From positions 570,001 through 602,000 of the forward strand of contig CBDCNV010000002.1 of assembly GCA_965219535.1 (NCBI GenBank): DNA of 32,000 nucleotides. Direction: 5' to 3'. A program made the translations under genes and the position numbers. The stretch comes from Opitutales bacterium. GTDB lineage: Bacteria; Verrucomicrobiota; Verrucomicrobiia; Opitutales; PNEW01. Below the pieces are notes generated by a model that did no database searches, was not told the origin of the DNA, and worked only from the letters and a program-made list of their open reading frames with translations. Positions 8,354-20,044 of this stretch are shown one piece after another; the stretch's first letter is position 1, and every line of letters starts with the position of its first letter.

Positions 8354-9037
8354 TCAGTTAAAAGAAATATCTTCTTCGTCAAGTAAGCTATAGCGTTTCA
8401 TAAGCTTGAGCTTTTTCAATTCTGTTTCCAACTGTTCAAAGTATATCTTGAATCGATCCATAACCGAGAGCGAAGAAAGTATCTTTTGCTTAATCAAAGG
8501 ATCGCTGCAAAATGCATAAGCGGCGAGGTCGACAAATACCTCCGGTTCTTTTACCTTGAGTAACTGTTGCATTATTTCCCTGGGGATCTTTCCTCCCATT
8601 TCTTGTTTATCTAAAAGCATTTTGCTGAGCTGTTTCATTTTTCGGTATAATTCCTCTTCCTCAGCTCCGAGCGTAGATTCCAGTGGACTGATATCTATAA
8701 TTCGATAGGGGCTTTCCTGAACTATGCGATTAACTTGAACGCGAAATAAACCTTGAAGAACGAGATTGGAAGTGCCGTCTCCGTTTTTATGACATACCCT
8801 GATAATACCGACAGTGCCCGTGTCGAGGGGTGGTTCAAACTGGTCCGTTTTTGTCGTTTGGGAAATATCGAGACCAACAACTGCGAACAAGCGATGATTT
8901 TTTAAAACATCACTAAGCATTTGACGATAGCGTGGCTCAAAAATGTAGAGTGGCATGATCGCCTGGGGAAAGAGTACTGTCCCGGCCAGGGTCATGACAG
9001 GTACTTCTTTCGGTAAGGGGATGCCGGGCTCAGCCAT
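8354..9037 (-). CDS. LON N-terminal (substrate-binding) domain protein, no ATPase or protease domain
   Basis: VPVMTLAGTVLFPQAIMPLYIFEPRYRQML is the hallmark start of the LON N-domain (Pfam PF02190 type). The protein is 227 aa. Confidence 0.75.
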   Translation of the reverse strand: MAEPGIPLPKEVPVMTLAGTVLFPQAIMPLYIFEPRYRQMLSDVLKNHRLFAVVGLDISQTTKTDQFEPPLDTGTVGIIRVCHKNGDGTSNLVLQGLFRVQVNRIVQESPYRIIDISPLESTLGAEEEELYRKMKQLSKMLLDKQEMGGKIPREIMQQLLKVKEPEVFVDLAAYAFCSDPLIKQKILSSLSVMDRFKIYFEQLETELKKLKLMKRYSLLDEEDISFN

Positions 9038-9235
9038 GAATTAAGAGTTTATTTTTTGATCAGAATTACAAACGAATTAATATGAGTAGAATTGTTAACG
9101 CAATTGCCCACATAAGTATTGTGATTATCAATGGTTTTCTACTGCCACTTCATCTTACTCGCTGAACTTTGTAATTGATGCCAGGATACGAGTTTTTGCG
9201 AGAATGACGATGAATAGTGTGATCTTCCCTTATCT

Positions 9236-9583
9236 TCAATCTTTCCATGCATGGGGTAAAAGTTTAGCCGGATCTGGATCGTCTGTCTCGGCAAAATATA
9301 CGGCCATTCGAATAGAGTATAAACGATCCTTTGGTGTATTTGTTTTATTCTTTTTCAGGTTTTCAAACAGCACTTCAGGTGAGCGCCCGGAAAGTTCGTA
9401 TATTTCTTTGAATCCTAGATCGAGAAGATCCCTCGCCGTCTCAATATTAAGATGTGGGATATGCATGAATGAAGAATTCAACGCCTCGTAATCAGTCTTT
9501 CTTTTCTTCTTTTTATTTTCCTTATCCATCTCAAAGTCCTCTCGATCTCTGTATTCCTCGACCGTGTGCACAGTCGCGCGCAC
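9236..9583 (-). CDS. small helix-hairpin-helix protein, Cdd1/'pathogenicity locus' family-like, with a Lys-rich N-terminal tail
   Basis: HIPHLNIETARDLLDLGFKEIYELSGRSPEVLFENL...DRLYSIRMAVYFAETDDPDPAKLLPHAWKD matches my recollection of the PF11731 pattern, including the terminal W-K-D. The true start could be the internal Met at 9529 (MDKENKKKKRK). Confidence 0.6.
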   Translation of the reverse strand: MRATVHTVEEYRDREDFEMDKENKKKKRKTDYEALNSSFMHIPHLNIETARDLLDLGFKEIYELSGRSPEVLFENLKKNKTNTPKDRLYSIRMAVYFAETDDPDPAKLLPHAWKD

Positions 9584-9699
9584 TGTGACATCATCTGTGA
9601 CAAGCTGTCATCGAAGGAGTTATAAAAAATATGAATGAACAGGTGATCATTAATTGTAAACTATTAATATAAAGAAAGTTGTAAATAAAAGAGAGAGAC

Positions 9700-9715
9700 T
9701 GGCACAGGTGTTGCT
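9700..9715 (+). promoter_or_regulatory. sigma-54-type -24/-12 motif match (TGGCAC-N5-TTGC) immediately upstream of dnaK
   Basis: tggcacaggtgttgct matches TGGCAC-N5-TTGC with correct spacing. It ends only 11 nt before the GTG start, which argues against function. Confidence 0.25.
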
Positions 9716-9726
9716 AAAGGGTTGAT

Positions 9727-11691
9727 GTGAGTAATGTAATTGGAATTGATTTAGGCACCACTAATTCATGCATGGGGGTTATGGAGGGCGGCGAACCCGT
9801 CGTCATCCCCAATTCTGAGGGCGCGCGCACTACCCCCTCGGTTGTCGCCTTCTCAAAGAAGGGCGAGAGACTCGTAGGACAGGCGGCGAAAAGGCAGGCT
9901 GTTACTAATCCGCAAAACACGATTTTTTCAGCTAAAAGATTGATCGGACGAAAGTTCGACGAAGTAACAGAAGAGTCGAAACATTTACCTTTTAAAATTA
10001 CAAAAGGAAAGAACGATGATGCATGGATTGAATGTGATGTAGGAGGAAAAAAAGAACAATTTTCTCCCGCCCAGATATCCTCTATGATCTTGGCAAAATT
10101 AAAAGCGGATGCCGAGGCTTATTTGGGGTCTACTGTTACACAAGCGGTAATAACCGTGCCGGCATACTTTAATGATTCCCAGCGTCAGGCGACAAAAGAT
10201 GCGGGAACGATTGCAGGTCTGGAAGTATTACGTATCATCAACGAACCGACGGCAGCGTCTCTCGCTTACGGCCTGGATAAAAAGAATGAGGAGACAATTG
10301 CAGTATTTGACCTCGGTGGAGGCACTTACGACATCTCGATTTTAGATATCGGTGATGGGGTCTTTGAAGTCAAAGCCACGAATGGGGACACCCATCTAGG
10401 TGGCGATAATTGGGATGCGGCCCTTATCGATTGGCTCGCCGAAGAATTTAAAAATGAAAATGGCATCGATCTGACAAGTGATCCCATGGCTCTGCAACGT
10501 CTCAAAGAAGAAGCGGAAAAAGCGAAAATTGCTCTATCTTCGGCTCAGAGTACAGACATTAATTTACCCTTTATTACCGCCGATGCAACCGGTCCCAAAC
10601 ACTTGAATGTGACTTTGGAGCGATCGAAATTTGAACAACTCTGTGACTCGCTTAACCAACGCACAATCGCGCCATTCAAAGCCTGCTTAAAAGACGCGGG
10701 TTACACCGACGGTAATATCGGCAACCTCGTCCTTGTTGGCGGAATGACGCGAATGCCAAAAGTGGTTGATATTTCACGTGAACTCACAGGTAAAGAACCT
10801 AATAAGGGAGTGAATCCAGACGAGGTGGTAGCTATTGGCGCAGCGATACAAGGTGCGGTTCTTTCGGGCGGCGCGCGCGATGTTCTGTTGCTCGACGTCA
10901 CACCCCTAACCCTGAGTATCGAGACCGCGGGTGGAATTGCGACGGCAATGATCGAACGTAACACCACGATCCCGACGAAAAAATCACAGATATTTTCCAC
11001 CTTTAGCGATAGTCAACCCAGTGTCGATGTTCGCGTCTTACAAGGGGAACGTTCCAAAGCAGAAGATAATAAACTTATAGGGAATTTTCGTTTGGATGGC
11101 ATTCCCACTGCACCTCGTGGAGTTCCTCAGATCGAAGTAACTTTTGATATCGATGCTAATGGCATTCTTCATGTCACAGCTAAGGATCTGGGGACCGGTC
11201 GTGACCAGAAAATTTCTATCACTGGATCATCGGGTCTCGATAAAGACGAGATCGAAAAAATGCGTAGAGATGCTGAATCTCATGCTGAGGATGATAAAAA
11301 TTATAGAGAGTCAGCCGAAACACGCAATCAATTGGATTCATTGATATATCAAAATGAAAAATTGATGAAGGAACATGGGGATAAAGTACCCGAGGACAAA
11401 AAAGGAGCAATTGATAGTCTGATTGCCGATGCTAAAAAAGCCCTCGAGTCCAATGATGCTGAACAGATGAAAGCGGCAATTGAGAAGATAACCAACGACC
11501 CCACCGTTCAGGAAGTTGTCTCGGCGATGTATGCTCAACAGCAGGAAGCCGGAGAGGACGCCGGTGAGGCTCAAGCCGGAGCAGCACCATCTGCTGGCGA
11601 TGGAGTGGATTCTTCGTCCGACGGGATAGGCGACGATGATAACGTTGTCGATGCTGACTTTGAGGTAGTCGATGACGAAAAGGAAAAATAA
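9727..11691 (+). CDS. dnaK: molecular chaperone DnaK (Hsp70), GTG start
   Basis: [28 protein letters not shown], and an acidic C-terminal tail. Confidence 0.95.
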   Translation: MSNVIGIDLGTTNSCMGVMEGGEPVVIPNSEGARTTPSVVAFSKKGERLVGQAAKRQAVTNPQNTIFSAKRLIGRKFDEVTEESKHLPFKITKGKNDDAWIECDVGGKKEQFSPAQISSMILAKLKADAEAYLGSTVTQAVITVPAYFNDSQRQATKDAGTIAGLEVLRIINEPTAASLAYGLDKKNEETIAVFDLGGGTYDISILDIGDGVFEVKATNGDTHLGGDNWDAALIDWLAEEFKNENGIDLTSDPMALQRLKEEAEKAKIALSSAQSTDINLPFITADATGPKHLNVTLERSKFEQLCDSLNQRTIAPFKACLKDAGYTDGNIGNLVLVGGMTRMPKVVDISRELTGKEPNKGVNPDEVVAIGAAIQGAVLSGGARDVLLLDVTPLTLSIETAGGIATAMIERNTTIPTKKSQIFSTFSDSQPSVDVRVLQGERSKAEDNKLIGNFRLDGIPTAPRGVPQIEVTFDIDANGILHVTAKDLGTGRDQKISITGSSGLDKDEIEKMRRDAESHAEDDKNYRESAETRNQLDSLIYQNEKLMKEHGDKVPEDKKGAIDSLIADAKKALESNDAEQMKAAIEKITNDPTVQEVVSAMYAQQQEAGEDAGEAQAGAAPSAGDGVDSSSDGIGDDDNVVDADFEVVDDEKEK

Positions 11692-11792
11692 AAAGATCTT
11701 TTAGTCATCAGATACACAGCTGTAGAAAAATTTTATTAACTAACAAAATATAAAACAAAAAATTAACCTATAACCTAAGAGCAAATTAATCT

Positions 11793-12086
11793 ATGAAACC
11801 GAACATTAAACCTCTGGGAGATCGTGTTTTAGTAATCGCGGTCGAAGAATCAGAACAAGTGAAAGGCGGCATTATCATACCCGATACTGCCAAAGAAAAA
11901 CCCCAGGAAGCAAAAATTGTGGCACTGGGCACAGGTAAAACTGATGACTCTGGAAAAAAAGTAAAATTCGAAGTCAAGGTTGGTGACCGAGTTATTGTCA
12001 GCAAATATGGCGGTACCGAAGTTAAACTGAATGGAGACACTTACTCATTGCTCCGTGAAGACGATATCTTGGGGATTGTCAATTAA
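11793..12086 (+). CDS. groES: co-chaperonin GroES
   Basis: [10 protein letters not shown]...[22 protein letters not shown]; 97 aa. Confidence 0.95.
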   Translation: MKPNIKPLGDRVLVIAVEESEQVKGGIIIPDTAKEKPQEAKIVALGTGKTDDSGKKVKFEVKVGDRVIVSKYGGTEVKLNGDTYSLLREDDILGIVN

Positions 12087-12123
12087 CCCTGGGAATTTCG
12101 ATATTTAAACAAATAGAATATAA

Positions 12124-13788
<1,665 letters not shown>

Positions 13789-13833
13789 GTTCATTCACTC
13801 TACAATTAATAGATAATTATTTACTTAACAAAA

Positions 13834-13868
13834 AGGCGCCCGATGTCCAATCGGGCGCCTTTTTATTT
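13834..13868 (+). terminator. rho-independent terminator after groEL
   Basis: An 11-bp stem, aggcgcccgat / atcgggcgcct, with loop gtcca. It is preceded by an A-run and followed by ttttatttg. Confidence 0.8.
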
Positions 13869-14042
13869 GCGGATTGATAAATAGAGTAGAACGCGCTGTC
13901 ACTAGCGCATTTATTCTTTAATCACAAATTCTAAAAAAGCGCGCTGGGGAACAGCCTTCGCTGTGTAGTGTAATGCTACGGCCTTCAGGCAGCCCGCTTC
14001 ACCTTATCGCATGCGCGCATAATCACATTCACTCATTTACGA

Positions 14043-14079
14043 TAATTCGCAACGGAATGAATCGTCAATCGACAATGCT
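14043..14079 (+). repeat. degenerate NMAATCG heptamer tract overlapping the metF stop codon
   Basis: gaatcgt caatcga caatgct are in 7-nt phase, with weaker units upstream. The last MetF codons (..SIVD*) are encoded on the opposite strand of this tract. Confidence 0.45.
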
Positions 14080-14961
14080 TTCGGTTCTCAAACGCTCTAT
14101 GATTTCCAAGGCGGCACGAGGCCGATTTAAACTGTATAGATGAAAACCGGGGGCATTTTTTTCCAGCAATTCACGTATCTGCTGATAAGCCCATTCCATC
14201 CCTACATCTTCTTCAGCGTCTTTGTCCCCACCTGCAGCATTTAATTTTTTTTCAAGCGCGGATGGAAGACTTGATCCGCAAAACTTACAAAAACTGATTA
14301 TTTTCGATAAAGAATGAATAGGGAGGATACCGGGGACAATAGGTACCGTTATCCCCGCTGCGCGACAGCTTTTTACAAAAGAAAAATAGTCCGCGTTGTT
14401 AAAAAACAATTGTGTGATGACAAAGGAAGCCCCCAGTTCAATCTTGTTTTTTAAATTTTTAATATCTGCTCCAAGCGAATTGGATTGAGTGTGCATTTCC
14501 GGATATCCCGCAACACCTAAGCAAAAGTGCGAATAGTTTTTACGAATGAAAGCGACAAGATCAGAGGCGTAGCGCAATCCGTCCGGGTGTTGCTTAAAAT
14601 TCAGGTCACTTTTTGGTGGATCCCCGCGTAAGGTCATAAGATTATTGAATCCGGCATCTGAGAATTTACTGAGAATTTCATAAATCTCTGTTCTAGATTG
14701 GCCCACACAAGTAAGATGCGGCATTACTTCAAATCCAATCTTTTCTTTTAATAAGGTGGCATATTCGAGCGTATTTTCTCGAGTGCTGCCACCAGCACCG
14801 TAAGTAATCGATACAAAATCCGGACGAAACCCCGTCCTTAATAGCTTCGCATTTTCTATAAATCTTTGCCCGGATTTTTCAGTTTTCGGGGGGAAGAACT
14901 CGATCGATAAGACCTGTTTCTTTTTGGCCAAGGCTTCTCTATAGTATCGATAAGTTCCCAT
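14065..14961 (-). CDS. metF: 5,10-methylenetetrahydrofolate reductase
   Basis: SIEFFPPKT, SITYGAGGST and TLRGDPP motifs typical of MetF; 298 aa. Confidence 0.85.
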   Translation of the reverse strand: MGTYRYYREALAKKKQVLSIEFFPPKTEKSGQRFIENAKLLRTGFRPDFVSITYGAGGSTRENTLEYATLLKEKIGFEVMPHLTCVGQSRTEIYEILSKFSDAGFNNLMTLRGDPPKSDLNFKQHPDGLRYASDLVAFIRKNYSHFCLGVAGYPEMHTQSNSLGADIKNLKNKIELGASFVITQLFFNNADYFSFVKSCRAAGITVPIVPGILPIHSLSKIISFCKFCGSSLPSALEKKLNAAGGDKDAEEDVGMEWAYQQIRELLEKNAPGFHLYSLNRPRAALEIIERLRTESIVD

Positions 14962-15305
14962 ATTAATTACTAGAAGATAAGCGTATTATTTTGAATAATG
15001 GAATATGAGAAATCAGTCGCTCGAAATTCGTTTATGTTGATACAAATTCACCTTTTGAATATGGCTTTCTTGATCAAATATTTCATTTGACCCCATTGTA
15101 CAGCATCCATAATGAAAATTTCACCATTAAATTAAAGCGTATATTTTAGATCCATCAATCGATAAGAGCCACTCGTAACTATCTAAAATGAGAACTAATT
15201 CCCGTAAAAACCTATACCAACCTCATCAGAGCGAGCATTCGCAATTTGACTGGCCGGAGGAAGCAATCAAAATAGGGATTTTGCGATTACCCATATACTA
15301 ATCTC

Positions 15306-16397
15306 ATGGCTACCGCTTCTATTATTATCCCCTGTTACGACGAAGGAAGTACTCTCAGTGTCTGCATCGATCGTATTCAAAACATCGCCGATGAAAATTT
15401 AACAATCGAAATTATAATTATCGACGATGGTTCGAGTGATGGAAGCAAGGATATTGCTGAGAATTTAAGCCGTAGACATAAGAATATAAAAGCTTTATTC
15501 CACGACAAAAATCAGGGTAAAGGTGCCGCGCTGCGCACCGGTTTTAAAAAAGCTACTGGGGATATCGTAGCCGTGCAAGACGCCGACTTGGAATACGACC
15601 CGCAGGACTTGAAGAAACTGATCACATTGATTCGAGAAGATAAGGCCGATGTTGTTATCGGTTCTCGTTTCCTCACCGGTGGTGAACATCGAGTGCTCTA
15701 CTTCTGGCATTCCCTGGGCAATCGTTTTCTAACTTTTATGAGTAATATGTTAACCGACTTGAATCTTTCCGATATGGAGAGCTGTTATAAGGTATTTAGA
15801 AAGGATATTATTCAGGGAATTGAAATTCAAGAAAACCGGTTTGGATTTGAGCCGGAGATTATTGCTAAAATCTCTAAGAAACGCCCTAGAATCTACGAAA
15901 TGGGAATTTCCTATTCTGGACGAACCTATGAAGAAGGTAAAAAGATCAATGCCAAAGACGGATTCTGGGCTTTGTACTGTATCCTTCGTTACAATGCCTA
16001 CAACGCACCCTTTCCCTTACAGTTTTTTTGCTTCCTTCCTTTACTTATCCTCTCTTCGCTGTGCGGGGCTGTCGTCTTTTCTTTATTAAACCAATTCCAA
16101 TTCGAATTACTGGCTACCACTATTCCCGCGTTTATCGTCTTTGCTGCGATACAATCATTTGCTACTAATATATTGATTTTTCCAATTCACGATCACGAAT
16201 CACTCCTTATCCTATCCGTGTTCCATACAGTTATTATTGGCATTGCCTTAGCCATTGACTTGGCCGTTATCTCCCTATGCAGAGGATCAGCATCGCCTGG
16301 CTTATCCGCAGTTTTAACGGGTTACCTGGTGACATCCCTCTGGCTCTATATGAGCTATCGCTTTGTCTTTAATACCCGCCCAGGCAAGGGGCATTAA
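15306..16397 (+). CDS. family 2 glycosyltransferase (polyprenyl-phosphate sugar transferase-like) fused to a C-terminal multi-pass membrane domain
   Basis: IIIPCYDE, IDDGSSDGS and the QDADLEYDP (DxD) motif. The last ~130 aa are hydrophobic with about 4 predicted helices. Confidence 0.8.
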   Translation: MATASIIIPCYDEGSTLSVCIDRIQNIADENLTIEIIIIDDGSSDGSKDIAENLSRRHKNIKALFHDKNQGKGAALRTGFKKATGDIVAVQDADLEYDPQDLKKLITLIREDKADVVIGSRFLTGGEHRVLYFWHSLGNRFLTFMSNMLTDLNLSDMESCYKVFRKDIIQGIEIQENRFGFEPEIIAKISKKRPRIYEMGISYSGRTYEEGKKINAKDGFWALYCILRYNAYNAPFPLQFFCFLPLLILSSLCGAVVFSLLNQFQFELLATTIPAFIVFAAIQSFATNILIFPIHDHESLLILSVFHTVIIGIALAIDLAVISLCRGSASPGLSAVLTGYLVTSLWLYMSYRFVFNTRPGKGH

Positions 16398-16399
16398 TC

Positions 16400-18004
16400 A
16401 TGACGATTAATATTCGGAAGATACTGGCCGTTTTGCTTTGGGGATTGGCTTTTATTTGGGCATTGAGTGATAATCAATTTCGCGCTCTTTGGCCCAGTGT
16501 AGTCGCTCTTGGAACAGCCTTATTGTTGCGACGTGTCTTGATCGGTCTTTTTGCCGGTGGAATGGCTGGCGCTATCATTCTTGCCGATGGAAATCCTGGG
16601 GTGGCATTTGTCTCATTATTCAGAGATCACCTCATTCCTTTGGGCCAGAGTCCCTGGAAGGTTGGTGCTATACTCTTTACCTTCATGCTGGGTGGATTTG
16701 CCGCCATTATTGAAAAAGGCGGGGGTTTACAAAGCCTGGTTAAGAAATTTCTCCATAAAGGTGGGGATCCGGCAAAGCGTGTCCAATTAAGTGGATTTGC
16801 CTTGGGGCTGGTCTGCTTTTTTGACGGGCTGGCGAATAGCATGATGGTCGGACGGATGTTGCGTTCACTGGCAGATCAATGCGGGGTATCGCGGGTAAAA
16901 ATGGCTTACCTGGTCGATTCCACCAGCTCGGCGGTGGCCTGTCTGGCTTTCGTTTCAACTTGGATCGCCTATCAATTGGGCATGATTCGAGTAGGTTACG
17001 CTCAGTTGGGACTTGAGGATCAAGCTCAGCCATACGCGCTGTTCTTTCGTTCTATCCCCTATAATTTTTATTGCTGGTTCACTATCCTCTTCCTCCCAAT
17101 CGTTATTTACAAAAACTTTAACCCCGGTCCAATGAAGGAATTTGAATTGGAGGCGCAGACGAAATCTCTAATCTCCAAGTCCAATCCGCATGAAGATGAC
17201 ATCCACTGGGCTGTCGCGGTCGTTCCTGTGTTTATCCTTTTAACCAGCATTTTTGTCGGGTTTTACCTTGATGGAGCTCTAAGTCTCTGGCCGGTGACAT
17301 TGAAGGGGATAGCAGACGCCTTCGGCAATGCGAATTCCGCCCTCGTTCTCGTTTGTGCCAGCGCGGTGGGATCAATTGCGGCATTTCTCTGCTATCCGCG
17401 TCGGGCTGGGCGGGAGCTGCCTTCTCAAGTTTACCTGGGGGGGATGCAATCGCTTTTTATCCCTGTCCTTATCCTCGTCGGTGCATGGGTATTGGGCAGT
17501 ACGCTTGAAAAATTAAATGCTGCTGAAGTCCTTTCGCTTCTACTTTCCGGCCGGTTACCCATTTTTTTACTCCCCACGGCGGTCTTTCTCACCGGCGCGG
17601 TGATATCGTTTTCAACGGGTAGTTCCTGGGGTACAATGGGTATCCTGATGCCGCTCTCGATACCAGTCGCTATAACGCTGACAGAATCGTCTACTCTTCA
17701 ATACCAAGAGTTGATTTTAGCAACCATAGTGGCAGCGGTTTTTAGCGGAGCGGTGTTTGGGGACCATTGTTCACCGATAAGTGACACAACGATTATCGCC
17801 TCTATATCCTGCGAGGTAGAACCGCATGATCACGTGCGGACACAAATGCCTTACGCCTTGATTGCCGCCCTTTTAGCTACGGCAGTCGGTTTCATTCCGG
17901 TGGGGCTTGGGATGCCGGTTTGGGTTTTATTGCTGATGGGCACATTGATCCTTTGGGTACTTCCGGATCTTCTGATGCGTCTTAAACAGTCGAAGAATCA
18001 ATAG
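16400..18004 (+). CDS. NhaC-type Na+/H+ antiporter family membrane transporter
   Basis: A 534-aa polytopic membrane protein. Its general resemblance to NhaC-family antiporters is from recollection, not a computed match. It starts 2 nt after the GT2 stop. Confidence 0.65.
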   Translation: MTINIRKILAVLLWGLAFIWALSDNQFRALWPSVVALGTALLLRRVLIGLFAGGMAGAIILADGNPGVAFVSLFRDHLIPLGQSPWKVGAILFTFMLGGFAAIIEKGGGLQSLVKKFLHKGGDPAKRVQLSGFALGLVCFFDGLANSMMVGRMLRSLADQCGVSRVKMAYLVDSTSSAVACLAFVSTWIAYQLGMIRVGYAQLGLEDQAQPYALFFRSIPYNFYCWFTILFLPIVIYKNFNPGPMKEFELEAQTKSLISKSNPHEDDIHWAVAVVPVFILLTSIFVGFYLDGALSLWPVTLKGIADAFGNANSALVLVCASAVGSIAAFLCYPRRAGRELPSQVYLGGMQSLFIPVLILVGAWVLGSTLEKLNAAEVLSLLLSGRLPIFLLPTAVFLTGAVISFSTGSSWGTMGILMPLSIPVAITLTESSTLQYQELILATIVAAVFSGAVFGDHCSPISDTTIIASISCEVEPHDHVRTQMPYALIAALLATAVGFIPVGLGMPVWVLLLMGTLILWVLPDLLMRLKQSKNQ

Positions 18005-18106
18005 AAACGAGAGTAAAAGAGGGATAATCACATAATTTGAGCGACTTTGAGCCCTGTAGACGCTAAATACTGCGGTGATTGATAAAATGTAGGGTGGTTA
18101 ATAAAA

Positions 18107-18126
18107 AATAGCAGAAAACTGCTGTT
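18107..18126 (+). terminator. weak hairpin aatagcag-aaaa-ctgctgtt downstream of the transporter gene
   Basis: An 8-bp stem including one G-U pair. It has an A-run upstream and a short T-containing tail. Confidence 0.35.
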
Positions 18127-18247
18127 CATTAACTACGAGATTATTCCTTTAGCCCAATTCATTAAAATATTCTTGATATAAGGGCGTACTATTGCTGCAC
18201 TATGTCGCGCCCGTAATCGGGCTACATGCTAAAATTTTGATCTTATA

Positions 18248-18661
18248 ATGAGTAGACATCATCAGTTAAAAGCCGCCGAAGAAGAGATAAAGATGAATAT
18301 ATCTCCGTTGATCGATATGGTGTTTATTCTTTTAATTTTCTTTATCGTAACGACGGTATTTGTCGATGAGCAGGGCTTAGGCGTGAACAAACCTGAACCA
18401 ACGGCTGAAGCAAAAGCGATGGAGAACGATACCATTGTATTCACGATCCTAAACAGTGGGCAGATATTTTTTGGAAAAAATGAAATCGGCATCAATGCTG
18501 TGCGTGCTAAAATTAGTGAACTGACTCGTAAGGAAAAATTACCTGTGATTATCGAGGTTGATAATGCGGCTCCGTCTGGCACTATGGTACGTATTATGGA
18601 TGAAGCCACGCTCGCGGGTGCGGAAGCGATTAGCCTTATAAACCTTAAAGCCGGACAATAG
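18248..18661 (+). CDS. exbD: biopolymer transport protein ExbD/TolR family
   Basis: An N-terminal anchor, NISPLIDMVFILLIFFIV, followed by a periplasmic domain; 137 aa. Confidence 0.8.
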   Translation: MSRHHQLKAAEEEIKMNISPLIDMVFILLIFFIVTTVFVDEQGLGVNKPEPTAEAKAMENDTIVFTILNSGQIFFGKNEIGINAVRAKISELTRKEKLPVIIEVDNAAPSGTMVRIMDEATLAGAEAISLINLKAGQ

Positions 18662-18702
18662 CTGTAAGCTTTCGGGTGGGGGCGATTGCCAAATTCTTTT
18701 CG

Positions 18703-18725
18703 AAGGTGGCTATTCACCTTTTTTG
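18703..18725 (+). terminator. terminator-like hairpin after exbD
   Basis: aaggtg-gctatt-cacctt followed by ttttt. Confidence 0.55.
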
Positions 18726-18825
18726 AATACTGCTTTTTCAACCTTTCTGTTACTTGCGCTATATGAAAGGTTACGTTCCACCTCTGAGGCGATTTTAGTG
18801 GCGATCGCATCTACATACAATCTGT

Positions 18826-18872
18826 AGCAAGGGCAAAGCCCGACATCTTCCAAAACGACAATCGACAATAGC
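18826..18872 (+). repeat. repeat fragment: family-1 3' core (..cccgacatcttcc) fused to a heptamer tract (aaaacga caatcga caatagc), 24 nt upstream of metX
   Basis: cgacatcttcc is shared with the copies at 21468-21478, 21761-21771 (reverse) and 27184-27194. The heptamers are in phase. Confidence 0.5.
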
Positions 18873-18896
18873 TAGCACTTTTCTTTAAATAAAATT

Positions 18897-20042
18897 ATGA
18901 CTGAAACGCAGATAGAATCCTCTACGGAAATTTCTCCAGAAGATATAGGTCTGGTGAAGTACGAAGATTTTGTCTCTACGGAAACCTTTACCTTTGAAAA
19001 TGGGGGCTCTATCCAGGGTTTTACCTTGCGATACGAAACCTATGGGCGTCTCAATGACGAAAAAAGTAATGCCATTCTCATCTGTCATGCGATAAGCGGT
19101 GATCACCATTGCGCGGGTAAATATACTGACGATGATCGCAAACCGGGGTGGTGGAACAATATGATCGGACCCGGGAAAGCGATCGATACGAATCGGTTTT
19201 ATGTTATTTGCAGTAATTGCCTTGGTGGCTGTCAGGGATCGACGGGGCCCAGTTCCATCGATCCACTAACAGGTAAACCCTACGGGTTAAATTTTCCCTC
19301 CTTGACCATTCGCGATATTGTGCGTGCGCAGAATCTGCTCATTGAACACCTGAATTTGAATGAACTTTACGGTGTAGTCGGCGGTTCGATGGGGGGGATG
19401 CAGGTATTGCAATGGGCGATTGAGTATCCCGATAAAGTTCAGCGCATCCTTTCGTTAGCCTCCGCTGCGCGCCAAAGCGCGCAGGCCATCGCCTTTAACG
19501 AAGTCGGCCGCTGTGCTATTGTACAGGATCCAGGCTGGGAGGAAGGAGATTATGCTCCCGGACCGGGGCCAAATGTCGGGCTTTCGGTGGCGAGAATGAT
19601 GGCGCATATCACCTATCTTTCAGATAAAGGGATGGAAATAAAATTTGGTCGCAGTAGACGTAATGATTCAGAAGGTCATCATCTGACGAAAGTAGAATTT
19701 GAAGTCGAGGGATACTTGCGATATAAAGGGCAATCCTTCACCAACCGATTTGATGCGAATACCTATCTCTATTTCAGCAAAGCAATCGATCGCTTCGACT
19801 TGCACGGGGAGACCGGTAAACTCGAAGATGTACTATCCAAAGTAGAGGCGCGCACCCTCGTTATTGGGTTTACCAGTGACTGGCTCTATACACCGCGACA
19901 GAACCGCGAGATCGTGATCGCGCTTCTTCGCTGCGGGAAAAATGCGACCTATGCGGAGGTCGACATGGATCTGGGGCATGATTCCTTTCTCATCGATTCA
20001 CCTGAACTCTATGATTTTGTCCGCTCTTTTCTTAAAGATTAA
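18897..20042 (+). CDS. metX: homoserine O-acetyltransferase
   Basis: An alpha/beta hydrolase with GGSMGGMQ, plus the typical MetX N-terminus (FTLRYETYGRLN...NAILICHAISGDHH). Confidence 0.9.
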   Translation: MTETQIESSTEISPEDIGLVKYEDFVSTETFTFENGGSIQGFTLRYETYGRLNDEKSNAILICHAISGDHHCAGKYTDDDRKPGWWNNMIGPGKAIDTNRFYVICSNCLGGCQGSTGPSSIDPLTGKPYGLNFPSLTIRDIVRAQNLLIEHLNLNELYGVVGGSMGGMQVLQWAIEYPDKVQRILSLASAARQSAQAIAFNEVGRCAIVQDPGWEEGDYAPGPGPNVGLSVARMMAHITYLSDKGMEIKFGRSRRNDSEGHHLTKVEFEVEGYLRYKGQSFTNRFDANTYLYFSKAIDRFDLHGETGKLEDVLSKVEARTLVIGFTSDWLYTPRQNREIVIALLRCGKNATYAEVDMDLGHDSFLIDSPELYDFVRSFLKD

Positions 20043-20044
20043 TT

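Noticed and set aside
9584-9726. A search for a CIRCE/HrcA operator or a sigma-32 promoter upstream of dnaK, and in 11692-11792 upstream of groES.
   Set aside because: Only poor partial matches were found, for example ttagtcatc-N9-gctgtagaa and tgttgctaa with no left half. Nothing is convincing enough to call.
14962-15305. A possible SAM riboswitch in the metF leader (minus strand), and in 18662-18896 upstream of metX.
   Set aside because: The ctcttatc start is not followed by the SAM-I core (no GGAGGGA or GGCAACC blocks). I cannot reliably recall SAM-II or SAM-V consensus sequences well enough to assert a match. A covariance-model scan (Rfam RF00162, RF00521, RF01826) is needed.
18262-18810. 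A 182-aa ORF on the minus strand overlapping exbD.
   Set aside because: It is antisense shadow of a well-supported gene, with low-complexity Ser/Ile-rich translation and no recognisable domain. The same reasoning applies to 5948-6322 (shadow of tkt), 1937-2347, 13206-13553, 12105-12407, 26172-26522 and the other short antisense ORFs in the track.
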